From positions 9,796,001 to 9,860,000 of the forward strand of contig CP158636.1 in NCBI GenBank assembly GCA_050273025.1: 64,000 nt of DNA, given 5' to 3'. A model generated the notes under the pieces. It was not told where the DNA came from, ran no database searches, and saw only the letters and a program-made list of their open reading frames with translations. The DNA comes from Cenococcum geophilum. Its lineage: Eukaryota. Numbering within the stretch: the stretch's first letter is position 1; every line of letters begins with the position of its first letter. Of the stretch, positions 39,501 through 52,700 are shown in pieces. Position numbers and translations under genes: made by a program.

Positions 39501-42202
39501 TAAAGATATAAGAAACTAGTTAAAGAATACCCTAAAAAAAGAAGCAAGGAATAACTGGAGACGGTTTATAAATGAGTATACTTCTAACCTAAGCCTCCCC
39601 CATAATAAGGGCCTTTAGGCTATAGCAAAATAGGTAAAGAAAAAGGTAGGGCGTCTAGCAAAAGACCTATACCTACCACCCCTATAAAGAGTAGGAGAAT
39701 TATAGGCCATAAATAATAATAATAAGAAGGTAAAGATCCTTATAGAAAGGTTCTTCCCCTAATTAGCTCTAGTAGACCTTAGTAATATTATAGGCGAAAT
39801 ACCGGTGACTCGCCTGTGGGTTAATAGCGATATAACAACAGAGGAAATGGCTAGAACCATTAGCCGCCTTTTAAATAATATAGCACTAGGACTAGATGGG
39901 ATTCTAAATAAGGCCCTAAAAACCTATGGGCCACTTATAGCACCTTAGCTTGTAAATATAGCTAGAGCATATTTTACTATAGGCTACTACCCGCAACTCG
40001 GAAGATCTATAACGACGGTTGTCCTATAAAAAGAAGGCAAAGTAGATTACTTAATCCTAGGAAGCTACCGCCCTATTGCCTTAGAAAACACCCTTAGTAA
40101 GATCTTAGAAAGGGTAATAGCGGAATATATAGCAGATATGGCAGAGAAACACGCCCTACTACTATAAAGCTAAATGGGCGCAAGAAAGAACCGCTTAACA
40201 CTATTAGCATTTACGCTACTCACTACCACTATTAAATCTACATAGGCGATGTAAAAGGACTTCGTAGTATTAATGCTTAGCCTAGATATTAGTAGTGCCT
40301 ATAACAATATACCCCACAAGCGTCTCCTGTATATCCTTAGGGTAAAGGGCTTCCTAGAATAGATTATATAATTTATCTAAGGGTTTATAGGCTAGAAAGA
40401 AACATTACTAGTCTTTAGCGGATACTAGAGCCCCCCTATTACAGTTACAACAGGAATACCATAAGGATTACCCCTTTTACCTATACTCTTCCTTTTCTTT
40501 ATAAGCAACCTACTTAACTCCTTTAAGAAAGAGGCGACCTAGGGGATAGGCTTTATTAATAACACAAACTTAATTATATACGGGCTAATAGCTATAGAGA
40601 ATTGCAGAATACTAGAGAAAGCCTATAATACTTATATAGAATAGGCAAAATGTTATAGAGTCTAATTCTTACCAGAGAAATACTAGCTAATCTATTTTAT
40701 AAGAAAACGCAACCAATCTACAGATTTTTAGCATATAATTCGTATTTAAGGCTTTGGGGGTTAACTAGTTTAGGGCCTAAGGGTATTAGGAGTATAGGTA
40801 GACAGTAAGCTCTGGTGGAGCGCATATATAGCGTAAGCGGCCCGTAAAGGCCAAGCACAGTTTATCGCTTTATTTAGGATTGTTAATTCTATATAGGGTC
40901 TATGCTTTTAGAGGTTACGCCTATTATATATAGCAGTTGTCCAGCTAACCATAATATATAGATCTAGTATTTAGGCCATTAGAGAAACTAAGAAGGGCCC
41001 CCCTAAATTACTCCTTAAACCACTTTAAAAGGTCTAAATAGCCTGCCTTTGGAGTATTATAGGCGGGTACAAGCAAACGGCCACAGTACTGCTTAAGAAG
41101 GAATCTAATATTCCCCCCCTACAGTTATATATTAAAGCCGCTGTAATATAAAGGATGTAAAATAAACGCAACTTTAATGTTATAAAGTATATTAAGACAC
41201 GCCTAAGTAAACTATGGAGGGACCTTAGGGTGCCCTATAGGAGAATAAACTAATAACCCCAAAGTAGGGAAGAGATATTAGAGAAACAGGTAAAGAAAGT
41301 AGAAGAAGAATGGTGCCGCTTTAGGGCCTAGGCCTATATAGAGGAGGAAGGGAGATGTATAAGAGGTTAGTAAAGATAATAGCAAGACAGAGAAAGGAGC
41401 TAAAGTAGAACACATAAGAACGCCAGGAAACCATCTACCGTAATATAATACTGGTTGGACTAACGCTAGAGAGGCGAATGGGAGTTAAAGGTATAGAGGC
41501 TAATTTAGGCAAGACAAACCTAAGCTATAGCATGGTTAATGCTATGGGGGGTAAATACCTAAGGGCTCTAAGAAGGCCTAATAAAGGTAGAAAATATAAT
41601 AGTAACACTCTTAAGAACAGGAATAATAGGACTAAAAGATTAGCTTTACTAGGTGGGTGTCCTAGTAAGTAGCCCGAGATACGAATATAGCTGGCCAAAA
41701 CAAACACTAAAACATATAATACTGCTATGCCCCTTACGCACTAATTAAGAAATAATGCTCTTAGTAGCTGGTACAGAGAACTATAATATACTACTCTTAA
41801 CACAAAAAGGCCTTAAGGCGGTCACCCAGTGGCTTATTAGTTAAAATGTGCTAAATTAGTTCTGGGTTGCAAGGGAAATAGTAATAGAAGGTAAGGGGGC
41901 GAGCAGCAGGTGCCCCCTAGTAACTCTACAGTAGTAGAGTAATAGTTTATGATACTAGCGCGTCCATAGGCTTGTTACGGCAGTAGTGGTTCCCAAGGAG
42001 GTTAAATAGTAAGGTAGTAGAGCACTATAGGCGACTTGTAGGCGCTAAGTAGGCGAGTCCCAAAAGGCGGGGAGATGGATCATGGGGTTTTCTTATTTTT
42101 CTTAAATAGAGTTTTCTCCCCATATATAAATAAGGAGTAGTCCGCGTGGGCCTAATAGGGATCCAAATCGGACGTTAAGTAATGAATTATTATTATTATT
42201 AT
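36581..42202 (+). mobile_element. Full-length Tad1-like LINE (LINE-2) with (ATT)n tail and no recognisable RNase H
   Basis: TSD tatattaactataga(c/t)a (36564-36580, 42203-42219); ORF1 knuckles ~37745-37880; APE (ILTIQEP 38581); RT (YRPIALENTL.K, LDISSAY, GIP.G.PL.PILF ~40453); (ATT)n 42186-42202. Confidence 0.93.
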
Positions 42203-44759
42203 TATATTAACTATAGATAGTTAAACAGTATTACCAGAAAGGATAGGTATCTTTTACCCTTAATTAGCGAAATCTAGGACAGAATTGGTAATGCGTAAAT
42301 CTTTACGAAGATAAATCTAAGATAGGCGTACTATTAAATTAGGATTAAGGAAGGCGATAAATAAAAGGCAGCCTTTAGGTTAAAGGAAGGACTATATAAA
42401 CTATTAGTTATATAATTCGGGCTTATAAACGCACTAATAACGTTCTAGAAGCGTATTAACAATATATTAGAAGAATATTTAGATGAATTTATTATAGTAT
42501 ACCTTAATAATATTATTATCTACTTAATAAATAAGGAAGAGTATAGAGAACATATTAAATAGGTCTTAAAGAGACTATAAAAAGAACAGATGCTAGTAGC
42601 AATTAAGAAATGCAAGTTCTTTACTAGAAAAACCAATTTTGTTAAATTTATTATTAAACTAGGCCAACTTAGCATAGATCTAAAGAAGATTAAGGCTATA
42701 ATAAATTAGTAAGAACTAGAGAATATTATATAGTTAAGATCATTTTTAGGGTTTTGCAATTACTACAGAAAGTTTATAGCGCAATAGTTAAAGGATATTA
42801 AACTATTTACGTAATTAATAAAGAAAGAAGAACTATAGGTATGGGGAGAGGAATAGTAAGAACTCTTTAAGAAAGTTAAAGAGTTATTTACCTAGGAGCT
42901 AGTTCTTAAGATTTATTAACTAGGACTAGAGATAGTTATAGAAATAAATATATTAGACTTTATACTAAAAGTATATTTTATATAAAAGTATCTAGATAGA
43001 TGGCATCTAGTGGCATATTATAGTCGGAAGATAACACCACTAAAGTTAAACTATAACATCTACAATAAGGAGTTATTAGGTATAGTTATAGTACTAAAGA
43101 AATAAAGAGCATTCTTATAAGGCACGGAAAAACCATTTATAGTTAAAACGGATTATAAAAACCTAACAGGATTCCTAATAATAAAGAAACTTAACTAAAG
43201 ATAGGTTAGATAGGCAGAGATGCTTACAGAATACTATTTTAAGATTTAGTATATTAAGGGTATAGACAATATATAAGCTAATGCGTTAAGTTAAAAGGCT
43301 AAATTATAAAATAATAATAAGCTATTAGGGGCTTTACTACAAAAAGACATAGATAGACTAATTAGGTACAATTATCTAAAAATTATAGCAACTTAAGAAA
43401 ATAAGTTAAAAAAGGTCTATAAGACACTAGAAAGCTTTTAGGTATAAAGAATTCTAGAAGTATAGCTAGAAGATCTACAGTTAGATATATACAAAAATTA
43501 AGAAGCGAAGTATATCCTAAGAAGTATAGTAGAGCAGTTTATAGAGGACTTCTACAAGGGACTAACTTAAGGACATAATGGAGCCACGGGCTTAGTGTTA
43601 AGACTCTAGGAGGAGTATATTATTAACAGAATCTAAAGAATAGCTAGAAGAGGTACTAAAGAGTGTTTAGATTGCTAAAGGAATAAACTAACAAGGTATA
43701 AGCTATATAGGGGGCTATAACCTATTAAAATACTAGAGAGACCATAGGAGGTTATATTATAGGACTTTATCGTTAAGTTACTAAAGTTAAGAGATCCTAT
43801 TACCGGACAAGATTATAACATAATCTTAGTAATAGTAGATAAGCTTACGAAGTAGGGATACTTTATAGCCTATACGGAAGAAATCTCAGCGGAAGATATC
43901 GCTAGAATCTATATTAAAGAAGTATTTGCAAAATATAGAGCACTAAGTAAAATTATATTAGATAGAAATCTAAGATTCGTAACAGTATTCTAGGAGGTAT
44001 TCTTGGCGGAACAAGGAGTTCAAGCAGCAACTTCCACCGCATATTATCCGCAGATAGACGGTTAAATAAAAAGATTAAACTAGACACTAGAACAGTATCT
44101 AAGGCATTATATTAATTATATACAGAATAATTAGGTATCGCTATTACTAGTTATATAGTTTGCATATAATATAACACCATAAGAAGGAATAGGCACGTTA
44201 CTATTTAAGGCGAATTATGGATATAAGCTAAGAACATTATTATTGCTATATTAAGTAAAGAAAACAAGTAGTAAAGCTAAGTAAAGAATAGAGACTTTAA
44301 TAAATCTTTATGCAAACCTTACGGAAATAGCTAAGGCAGTACAGCAAAGAATAAAAAAGTATTATAATACTAAGAGATCTAAGGGACTAGATCTTAAGGA
44401 GGGAGATAAAGTATAGCTACTATATAAAAATTTTAAAAGTTAATAACTAAGCAAGAAGTTAGACTACGTTAGACTAGGACCTTTCGAAATTACATAAAGG
44501 ATTTCACTGGTTACGTTTAAGTTAAACCTACTAGCTAAAATAAAGATCTACCATATATAGTATATCGCGATGCTAGAGCTAGCGTATAGGAATATTAAGC
44601 CACTAGTCTATAAGGCAGACACGTATAGAGGTTAAGAAGAAGATAAATAGCAAGTTTTAAAGATTATTGGTTATAAGGATATTAATAATAAAACATAGTA
44701 TAAGGTTAAGTAGATAGGCTATACTAAGACTACCTAGGAGCTACTAGAGAATTTAAAAA

Positions 44760-45414
44760 ATGCTATAGGAAAGGTATAGGAGTATTAGAAGAAAATAGGT
44801 TAGGCAATATTAATAAAGAAGGATTATTAAAAAATGAGTCACCTAAGAGGGACCTAAGAAGAGCGACTGCCAAACTACTTAGAGTTGTTCCCCTTACTAT
44901 AAAAGGAGAGTTAGTTCTCTTATTACCTAGTTCCTAAAGACCCTATTTTACAAGTTTCTACTCCTTAGAACGGACCTTCTTATATACTTTCTTAAGACGG
45001 AGTAAATAGGCAGACGCCGCAATGCGGGCATCTAGAGCCTTCTGTTCCGCATTCTAAGAACGCTTAAGTTTAGTAAGGGCCTGCGCTAGGTTACCATTAA
45101 GCTTCGCAGCAGCAGATTAAATATAAGACCCTATAATAAATTACTTAGGGAACTTAAAGACTATTAAGAGTTATAGGACGCGTATACTTAGCGTCGGAAG
45201 TAGAGCAAACATCGCAGGATAATTAAATGTTTGCTTTAGTGCACTCTAAATAAGAGGAGGGTTACTAAGATAAGGGACTCGCTAACGTAATATATACTAG
45301 CCCCTCCTTTAAGCAATAAGAACATGGAGATAGTATTATTTCACTAAGCAATAATATTGCAGCAATAGTACAAGCACGACGTTGCGCGTGTAAAGAAGAA
45401 GAAGCTTTAGGTAT
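44760..45414 (-). pseudogene. Antisense spliced extra ORF of Gypsy B (Cys-cluster plus coiled coil); second copy at ~17040-17699; 3' end approximate
   Basis: De-RIPed minus-strand reading (M)PKASSS.HAQRRA...SPCS.C.KEGLV(C)I.LASP...PSS(C).ECTKANI..SCDV; putative 55-nt intron 45185-45131; then A..KL..LAQAL..L.RS.NAEQKALDARIAAS. Confidence 0.65.
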
Positions 45415-48400
45415 TATAAGTAACAATATTAACTAAATTAATTAGACGGACATTACACCTCTAGTAAATGACTTAGAGATATTAGGTATCTTTAAGGACG
45501 AAGATAAAGAGAAGGGAGATGGTGTTACGGACGCTTTAAGTACGATATTACGACTACTTGGAGAAGAGTTAGAAGAAGCTAGTTGGTTAATATAAGCACA
45601 GTTTAGGATGGAACCTATAGAACTATATAATAAGGAATAATAGCTAAGGTTATATAAGGTGCTATGTAAGAAACGTAAGGAATAAAGGAAACTTATATAC
45701 CTTACGTATAAGACATATATTACGTATAAGAAGGATTTTATAGGAGTACGGTTGTGTATTTAAGGACCCTTAGTCCCTACCTAGATAGTTCCTTCCTTAT
45801 AGTAATTCTTAGAATATAATTAGAGTTAATCTGTTAGGCAACCACTCTACCAGTTGTTATTACGTTGTTAACTACTGTCTTTGCATTTCCTATACACCTA
45901 GCCTATTAACAGAACCCATCGTAGTTCCTGCTATAAGGTTCCGTTGCATTTAAAAACTATTTAGATATACTTCTAATACTTAAAAAGCGAAAATAAATAG
46001 ATTAAGATATTATTAATATACACAGTAATAAATATATTAAAGAAATTGCGAAGTATATTATTAATATATTACTAAAACGTACTAAGACCATTCTTTATAC
46101 TAAATAGTATTACTAGGTATTTAAAAGGTCTCTTTTATATATAGAAAGCTATATACTTTTTATCTCCTTTATAAACATGGATTTAATTAAAGGTAGTAAC
46201 TATATTAAGCTTTATAAAGTATTATACTTTTATTAAGTAGTTAAGCGTTTCTTAAAGTAAGGGAATTAGATATTAGTTTTAAATTATAATTATATTTAGG
46301 GCTTAATAATTAATATAGAACCTTAAGCCTCTTTTAGGTTTTTTAATAAATAGTATAAATAAGGTAAATAGTAATTAACTAGGGTAAATAAATCCTTTCT
46401 CTAGGTGCTCTTTAAGGTATTATTATATTATAAGTAGCTCTTTTTATAATATACTATATAACGGGCTAAACTTTAGCATTATACTAGGTTTAAGTTCTAT
46501 CTTAAAATTATATTTATCTTAATATAAGGGTAGTTAGTTTATAAATTATTTCTTAAACATATTAATTAGATTATAATATTCTTTAGGTATAAGAGGTTAG
46601 GGGTTAATATATTGCTTTGGTTTTAACGCCTTTTTAATATCTTTTAGTATTATAGTAAAGATCTTATAGTCTTGTTTTCTTACTAATAAATAAAAAGGTA
46701 TGGCTTATATTATATAAAATTTAAGGGGTTTTAATATATTATCTTTATATTCTTTACTGCAATTAATAGTTATAACTTTATTATATTAGTTTGGGGTTTA
46801 TAGTAAGGGTAATTTATATTATATTAAATTCAAATAGTTATATATATATTTATAGGGCAAGTAGTATTTTAAGTAATAACTTTAGTAGTAGGTTATACGG
46901 AATTTTAGTATTTCTTTAACCTAGCTAATTAAAGGGTTATATTATTTTAGCTATCTATATTTAAGTATTACCTTATAATACTTTGATAGTATTATAAATA
47001 GAGAAACGTATTTAAGGTGTTTATTTATTTATATCTTTATAAAAGTATAGTGTATTAGTTTACTGTATATTAAAGCCTTATTATTAAAGCCTTATAGGCC
47101 TTAAGGCTTATTAAGTTTCTTTGAATTTAAGTATTAAGTTTTCGCGTAGTTTATATTAATAAAGCCTATATTAGTAGCTCCGCTATTTATAAGGATTTAT
47201 ACTTCCTTTTATTTTCTAAGTATTTAAATTTTACTAAGTATATTAAGGGAGTTATGTTATATATTAGCGCTAAAAGAGCTTAGATACTTATACTCTTCTA
47301 CTTTTTATTTTAAGGCGTAACTTAGCCCTAGGATGATTTATTTTCTAAATTAACTAAAGGTAAAATACTTTATAGTAACTAAGTATAATTTAAGGACTAA
47401 AAGAAACTACGTTAGATCTTTTTAAAGGGATAAGTTTAGTAATTTCTTTAAATATATCCCCTTTTACTATATTTAAAGCATTCTCTATTTACGGCTTATA
47501 TTCTTTATTTATTAGTTTCTAAGGGTATATAGAATTAAGTAGTATTAAGGTCTATAGAGTTATATATAGGGCTTTTTAGTTTTAAAAATAGATCGCGCTT
47601 TAGGGTATATATTAGTTTTATAGAGTTTTAAATATAAGGTATAATTAGCTTTAGGAAATAAGTCTATTTATTATATTAAAGGTTCTTATTAATTTGTTAA
47701 TATATTATAGTAAATTTAGGTAAATCCTTTAGTAGTTCTCTACCTACTAACTATACTTTAATTTTATCTAAAATAGCTTAATAGAGAGTAGTAACTCTAG
47801 CGGCTTTATTCTAATCTAGTTTACTAATAAAGCCTAAATTTTTTTAAAAGAAGCTAGTAAAGTCTTGGTTCTGTTATTATAGGTTTTTAAATTTAATAAC
47901 AGCTGTATATTTACGGCTAGTATTATTATATATTTATTCTAGGAGAGAGATAAAATTTTTAAAATGAATAAAGGTGCTATTATAAAAGAATAGGTCTATA
48001 ATTTATATAGCGTTTTTATTTAAATAAGATATTTTATAGCTAATCTTACTAGTTTTAGTATGGTATTAGTTATAGTTTATTAAAAGTTTAAAATTAAGCT
48101 TAGTTATAAAGGGATATAGGTTATTTTTATTTTTATTAAATATTAGAGGGTTAGGGAGCTTTTTCAACTTTATAGTAGGTATTAGGTTTATTATAGGTAT
48201 AGGTTAAGCTACCGTTACTAGTTTAGGGTTTATATTTAATAGGCCGGGTTTATATATAGTTATTTTAGTTTTATTTATAGGTGTTACTATTAGGGTCTCT
48301 AATATAAGTGCTTTAAGGTTATAGAGTTCTTCGCGGATTACTCTTATTAATTACTAGTGCTAAGGTTCTAATATTGCTTGCTATTAGGCCAAAGCATCCG

Positions 48401-49350
48401 TAAAGGACTATTATATTATAGTTAACTATTCCCTAACTAGGGCTATAATGCTTATAGTTAACCCAGTAGGTTTAAGTTCATTTGCCATTTTAATAGTAGT
48501 TGTTTTAACGCAATGTAATGTAAGGGCGCGAAGAGACTTTAGGGAAGATTTAATAGATCTAGTAGAACTTAGCAGAATTTGGACAAAGTGTCGGAATTTA
48601 TCTGTTAAGTGTTTCACTAAGACGTTCCTACTGTAACTGGGCTAGTCCCGTTACAAAAGGTCTCCCTATTTTTAGCTAACTATGGCTAGTATCTACAAAT
48701 AGGTTTTAAACCCTTTAGTAATATTCCTTACCCTACTTATTACGCCTTATAAGTTATAGAAGTAAATAAATTTATAAAGAAGATAGAGGAACTATAACAG
48801 TTTCTTACTAATAAAATAATATAGGCTTAATCTATTTATAAAGCCGCAGCAAATAAGAAATAAACCCTAGCACTAGCCTATTAAATTAGTAACTTTATCT
48901 AGCTAGATATAAGAAATCTAAATCTAAAACAACCTATTAAGAAGCTTAATTAGAAGAACACTAGCCCTTATAAGGTTAAGAAGGTTATTTCCTCCTATGC
49001 CTACTAACTAAAGCTTCCTAATACGGTTAAAATCTACCCCGTATTTTATACGTTAGTCCTCTGCCCTACTACTTTTATATTAAACGCCCTGCCTAAATAG
49101 ATATAAAACCCTCCCTTACAAGTTAAAGTTAATAGTAAAAACAAGTACTTTATTAAAAGAATTAATAATATTAAGTATAATAAACGGAAACGCTAATATA
49201 TATATCTTATAAAATAGAAAGGCTTTACTAAGCCCTTATAAAAACCCATTAACTCTATAGGACTTATATAAGCTATAAAAGACTTTTTTAAACTCTACCT
49301 AGAACTACTATAGCCCTATCTCGCAGAAGCTTAAGTTTAAAGGGGGGTAC

Positions 49351-49730
49351 TGTTATAGGATACCCCTATAATACATTATATACGTCCACCTATTTCTATT
49401 AACTTAGTAACTAAAGACCGACTATAAGACGGCAATTTAATAGCAATCTATAGCAATCTAACGGCAACCTACTATAATCTACTATAATCTACTAAGTTTT
49501 ACTAAGTTTTACTAAATCCTACTAAGTTCTGCTAGGACTAGCACCTAAATCCTATTCTGCTCTATATACGTATTAATTAAGTAACTAAGTCCATAATATA
49601 TACCCTTTCTTTTCATTTTCTTACCTTCTTTCCTTATATAACGTCTTAACCTCTTTACACAGCTTATATATATAGCTTAATAATATCTACCTTGCTATAT
49701 ATTATCGCCGCTTATACTTACTCTGTAACA
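49351..49730 (+). repeat. 3' LTR of Gypsy A2 (380 bp)
   Basis: PPT aaagggggg then tac, followed by tgtta...taaca; homologous to 10675-11045. Confidence 0.92.
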
Positions 49731-52700
49731 GCCCTTAGGACAACCCCTAGACAGCCTTTAAATAGTTATTAGTTGCGTGCTAGAGGCACGTATCTATAGT
49801 ATATAGTCTTCGCGATCCTAAAGGCCTTACCTTATTAAGGATTCGTCTCCTTTATAATCTATCCTATTCCTATAATCGTGCCTTATAGCCTCCTATCTAT
49901 AGAGTCTCCTTATAAAATCTTAGGTTTAGTAATTTTATAACGGGATTTCTTCTATAATATAATATAATAAAGTTTTTAAAAGTTTATTAATAAATCTTAC
50001 GGGGCCACTTTATATGCTAATAGCTTTAGAATTATATTACCCCTTTTACAATCCAAGATTAATTTCGTTAAAGTTAAATTCCTATTATTAAAAGTATAAG
50101 TACCTTATATACCCTTATATATAGGCCTATATAAAGGCGTAAAAAGCCTATAATCTTATAATCTATATATTTAGATCTCCTAAGCAATTTGATATAATTT
50201 TTACCTTAAGAGGCGTTATAGGGATATTAATTAATTTTAGTAGGGCTTATAAGTTTTCCTTATAAAAGAAGCTTATATTTCCATACAAATCTCGCCAAAG
50301 TCCCTTGGACTAAGAAATCGATCAAATATCCGAAGGAGATTAGCGCGCCAGCGCAATCAATTTCTTAGTATGAGTCCACGGAGGTAACTTCTAGCTTACG
50401 GGCTTGCTTGATTGGTCAGCAAGTAAGCAAGCCAATCTAGCGAGCCATGTCTGCGCGTAAGCCAGTCACGATGAGAGCGCATATGCTGCCTTTAACGAGG
50501 CGATTAAGGTAGAAGATTACGAAGCTTCTTATATGGAAGCCTCATGGTCTGGGGCTAATTTAGTACCCTCTTCCTTCTTTACCTTTTTCCTTGCCTTCTA
50601 CCAAGACTTACTATTTATCGTGTATATTAATCTAGACCCATATTAGAGTCCTGGAGCTCCACCGCCTTCTCGGCGTATGGAGTGGATTTGGGGGTCAAAT
50701 CCAATCCAATAAAATCATTACTCCACCCCTTCCACTTAACAAGTTACGCAATTCTCTAATCTGTACGCAACAAAGTTGTGGAAGGTGTAAAGTATTAAAA
50801 TATGAACCGACCAAATCCTTCTGCACAATGCAAATACATTTGTATACTGCCATCAATTTTGCCTTCCTGTCTGTGCAACTTTTTTTTGGACATTAATGGA
50901 TAAAATTCCTTTCTAAATTGCAACTTCCTGTTTCTGGCGGTAATAGAGTAGGCTTTGGGATGTTGAGTTGTGATTCTGATAGAAGCAGAAGGGGAGCAAA
51001 TAAAGGCTTTGGAGGAATAATGCCCAAGTAAGTGTTATCAGGAAGTAGCATCCCAATGGCGTGGTTTATGGGCTTGGTATTATAACTTATAAGACAATAA
51101 CAGGGTATGAACTTTAAGTTGATCCTAGTTTAACTGCCCTGAGCGGACGAAGAACCTACATACAAAGCTCTCTCAAGCTTTTCTCTCCTAAATAATAAGC
51201 TCTAGCTCTATGTGCAAAATAGTATGAGATACAGACAACCGGACGGATTTTGGTTCCACTTAAACAAACTTTATAGACTGTTTTATCTTGAATAAATATA
51301 GACATAATCTAATTATCTTGTATTAGTACGAACAAACCAATACAACGACAGAAGTTGAGGCCACAGTCGGTATGATCTGGGAGATAATTGAAACATATTA
51401 TGTGGAGAAACGTAATGTTTGACCCAGCCCGTCGAATTCACTTCAAGTCTCCGCCCGTAAATTGATAAGCTTACATTCCTCTACTAAAATATTTTTATTA
51501 TTTGTTTTGACTATTCTAAGTAGGTCTTCTATATCTGGTCTAAGAATTGATGTCGAAATGCCCGGTTTCACGCTGCCTAACCTCGCGTACAAGGCCCTGA
51601 ATGCCTAAGATTCTCTAACTAGACGACGCGAGCCAGTAGGCTTCGCTAAGTCTCGAGCCCAAAATGCAACTTAAGCAGATCGATTGGAGCGCAGTGAAAT
51701 TCACCAGACGTCATGCGTACGCTGCTACTGTTGAGAGGCTTAGCTACTCTCAACAGACAGCGAGGCAGGCATGCGCTGTTGGGTTATCGCGCGAATTGGA
51801 GACTGGCTAGAGGTGTTCAATAGGGTTTTGCGGAGCGGCGGGGTGAACTTCGCGGGGTGAACCTTGAAATGCTGTTGCCTAGACTGCAATCGCAGGGATG
51901 AGCGAACGGCTGGGGCTGGATTGGCGTTTGAAAGGGAATAGTCGAAAAAAGGAGCTGTTCATAATTCTATTGAAAACACCGCGTGATATGGATCAAGCGA
52001 GTTTCATGCTCTGCGATATGCTAGCCGTGTGGCAAGAAATGGGCAAGGGAGCCAAGAAGTCCGAATCGAAGTACGGGGAAACATGAAGAAGTTCCATCCA
52101 ATGTAAACTGTAGCATTTGGTAGTACAGCTAGCGTGCGGCATTGGATAGGTGGTGCTACCAGAGAGTTTGAGCTGCAGGCGATCGGGGGCAACTAGGTGG
52201 AGTAAATATAGCACTAGAGTCCCGATTGGGGTAGAATAGGCGATTTTGTGGTAGGATTTCCTTGTGAAGTCAAAGGCTCGAACCAGCATTACATTATGGA
52301 CTTCCAATTCACCGTCATACTTGAAATATGGCTGCAAAATTTTCCGCGCGTGTCGAATAACCGCGATACCAAGTGCAGCCGTGATCGGACTAATCTTGTT
52401 GGGCTAGCATTACGTCTAGGATATGCATGAGGTGGGTTTCAAGGTATTCAGGCTGCAGATGTAGGATTCTAAAATCACGAGGGGAGTTCCAAACAGCCGG
52501 ATTAGGGCTTGCATGCGTCTCTTGTGCGGTAACGGCGGCAAAGTACCATAGTGTCGCAGCCTCGGACACAGCGTCGGCCCATGTACGCTGCCGGTATATG
52601 CGTCCACGCCGTGTTGGGACTTTTCGCGGCGCTAACGGTCGGAATCCGGGGTGGTTGTTAGTTTCGTACGGTGCGTAACAAAGATACTAGTGGATAGACA

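Larger units (their letters stand above)
32278..45948 (+). mobile_element. Full-length Gypsy/chromovirus B2 (~8.05 kb excluding the nested LINE-2)
   Basis: 426-bp LTRs at 32278-32703 and 45523-45948; TSD tttaa (32273-32277, 45949-45953); gag, protease LVDSG ~35898, RT, RNase H, integrase, chromodomain ~44700, PPT aaagagaagggaga. Confidence 0.95.
23220..48655 (-). mobile_element. Gypsy/chromovirus C1, full length, reverse; interrupted by Copia D and Gypsy B2
   Basis: 137-bp LTRs at 23220-23356 and 48519-48655; PPT (ccccccctttt on +) at 23360-23370; minus-strand protease LI(D)SGATNIGF ~47160-47195, RT/RNase H across 45949-46500 and 31695-32277, integrase, chromodomain ~23840-23980. TSD not clean. 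Confidence 0.88.
18231..49730 (+). mobile_element. Gypsy/chromovirus A2, outer host element; own sequence at 18231-20013, 21455-23219 and 48656-49730
   Basis: All three pieces are colinear with A1 (gag end to chromodomain and LTR) and rejoin across the insertions; more heavily RIPed than A1. Confidence 0.9.

Noticed and set aside
868..45000. Alternative genetic code or stop readthrough explaining in-frame TAA/TAG
   Set aside because: Stops fall at Gln/Trp positions and differ between copies by C>T/G>A, as expected from RIP.
32278..45948. Dating B2 from LTR divergence
   Set aside because: The visible differences are RIP-type transitions and are not clock-like.
702..48636. Short hydrophobic ORFs (e.g. 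702-926, 13883-14107, 32718-33023, 41525-41707) as membrane peptides
   Set aside because: Antisense or off-frame by-products of AT-rich RIPed transposon sequence.
50645..50732. Possible DNA-transposon or MITE end (ggatttg/caaatcc, actccacccct)
   Set aside because: No matching second terminus or TSD found.
51993..52337. 114-aa ORF with IAYSTPIGT, faintly like an NDR-kinase activation segment
   Set aside because: No other kinase motifs (DFG, HRD) seen, non-ATG start, and overlapping short ORFs on both strands.
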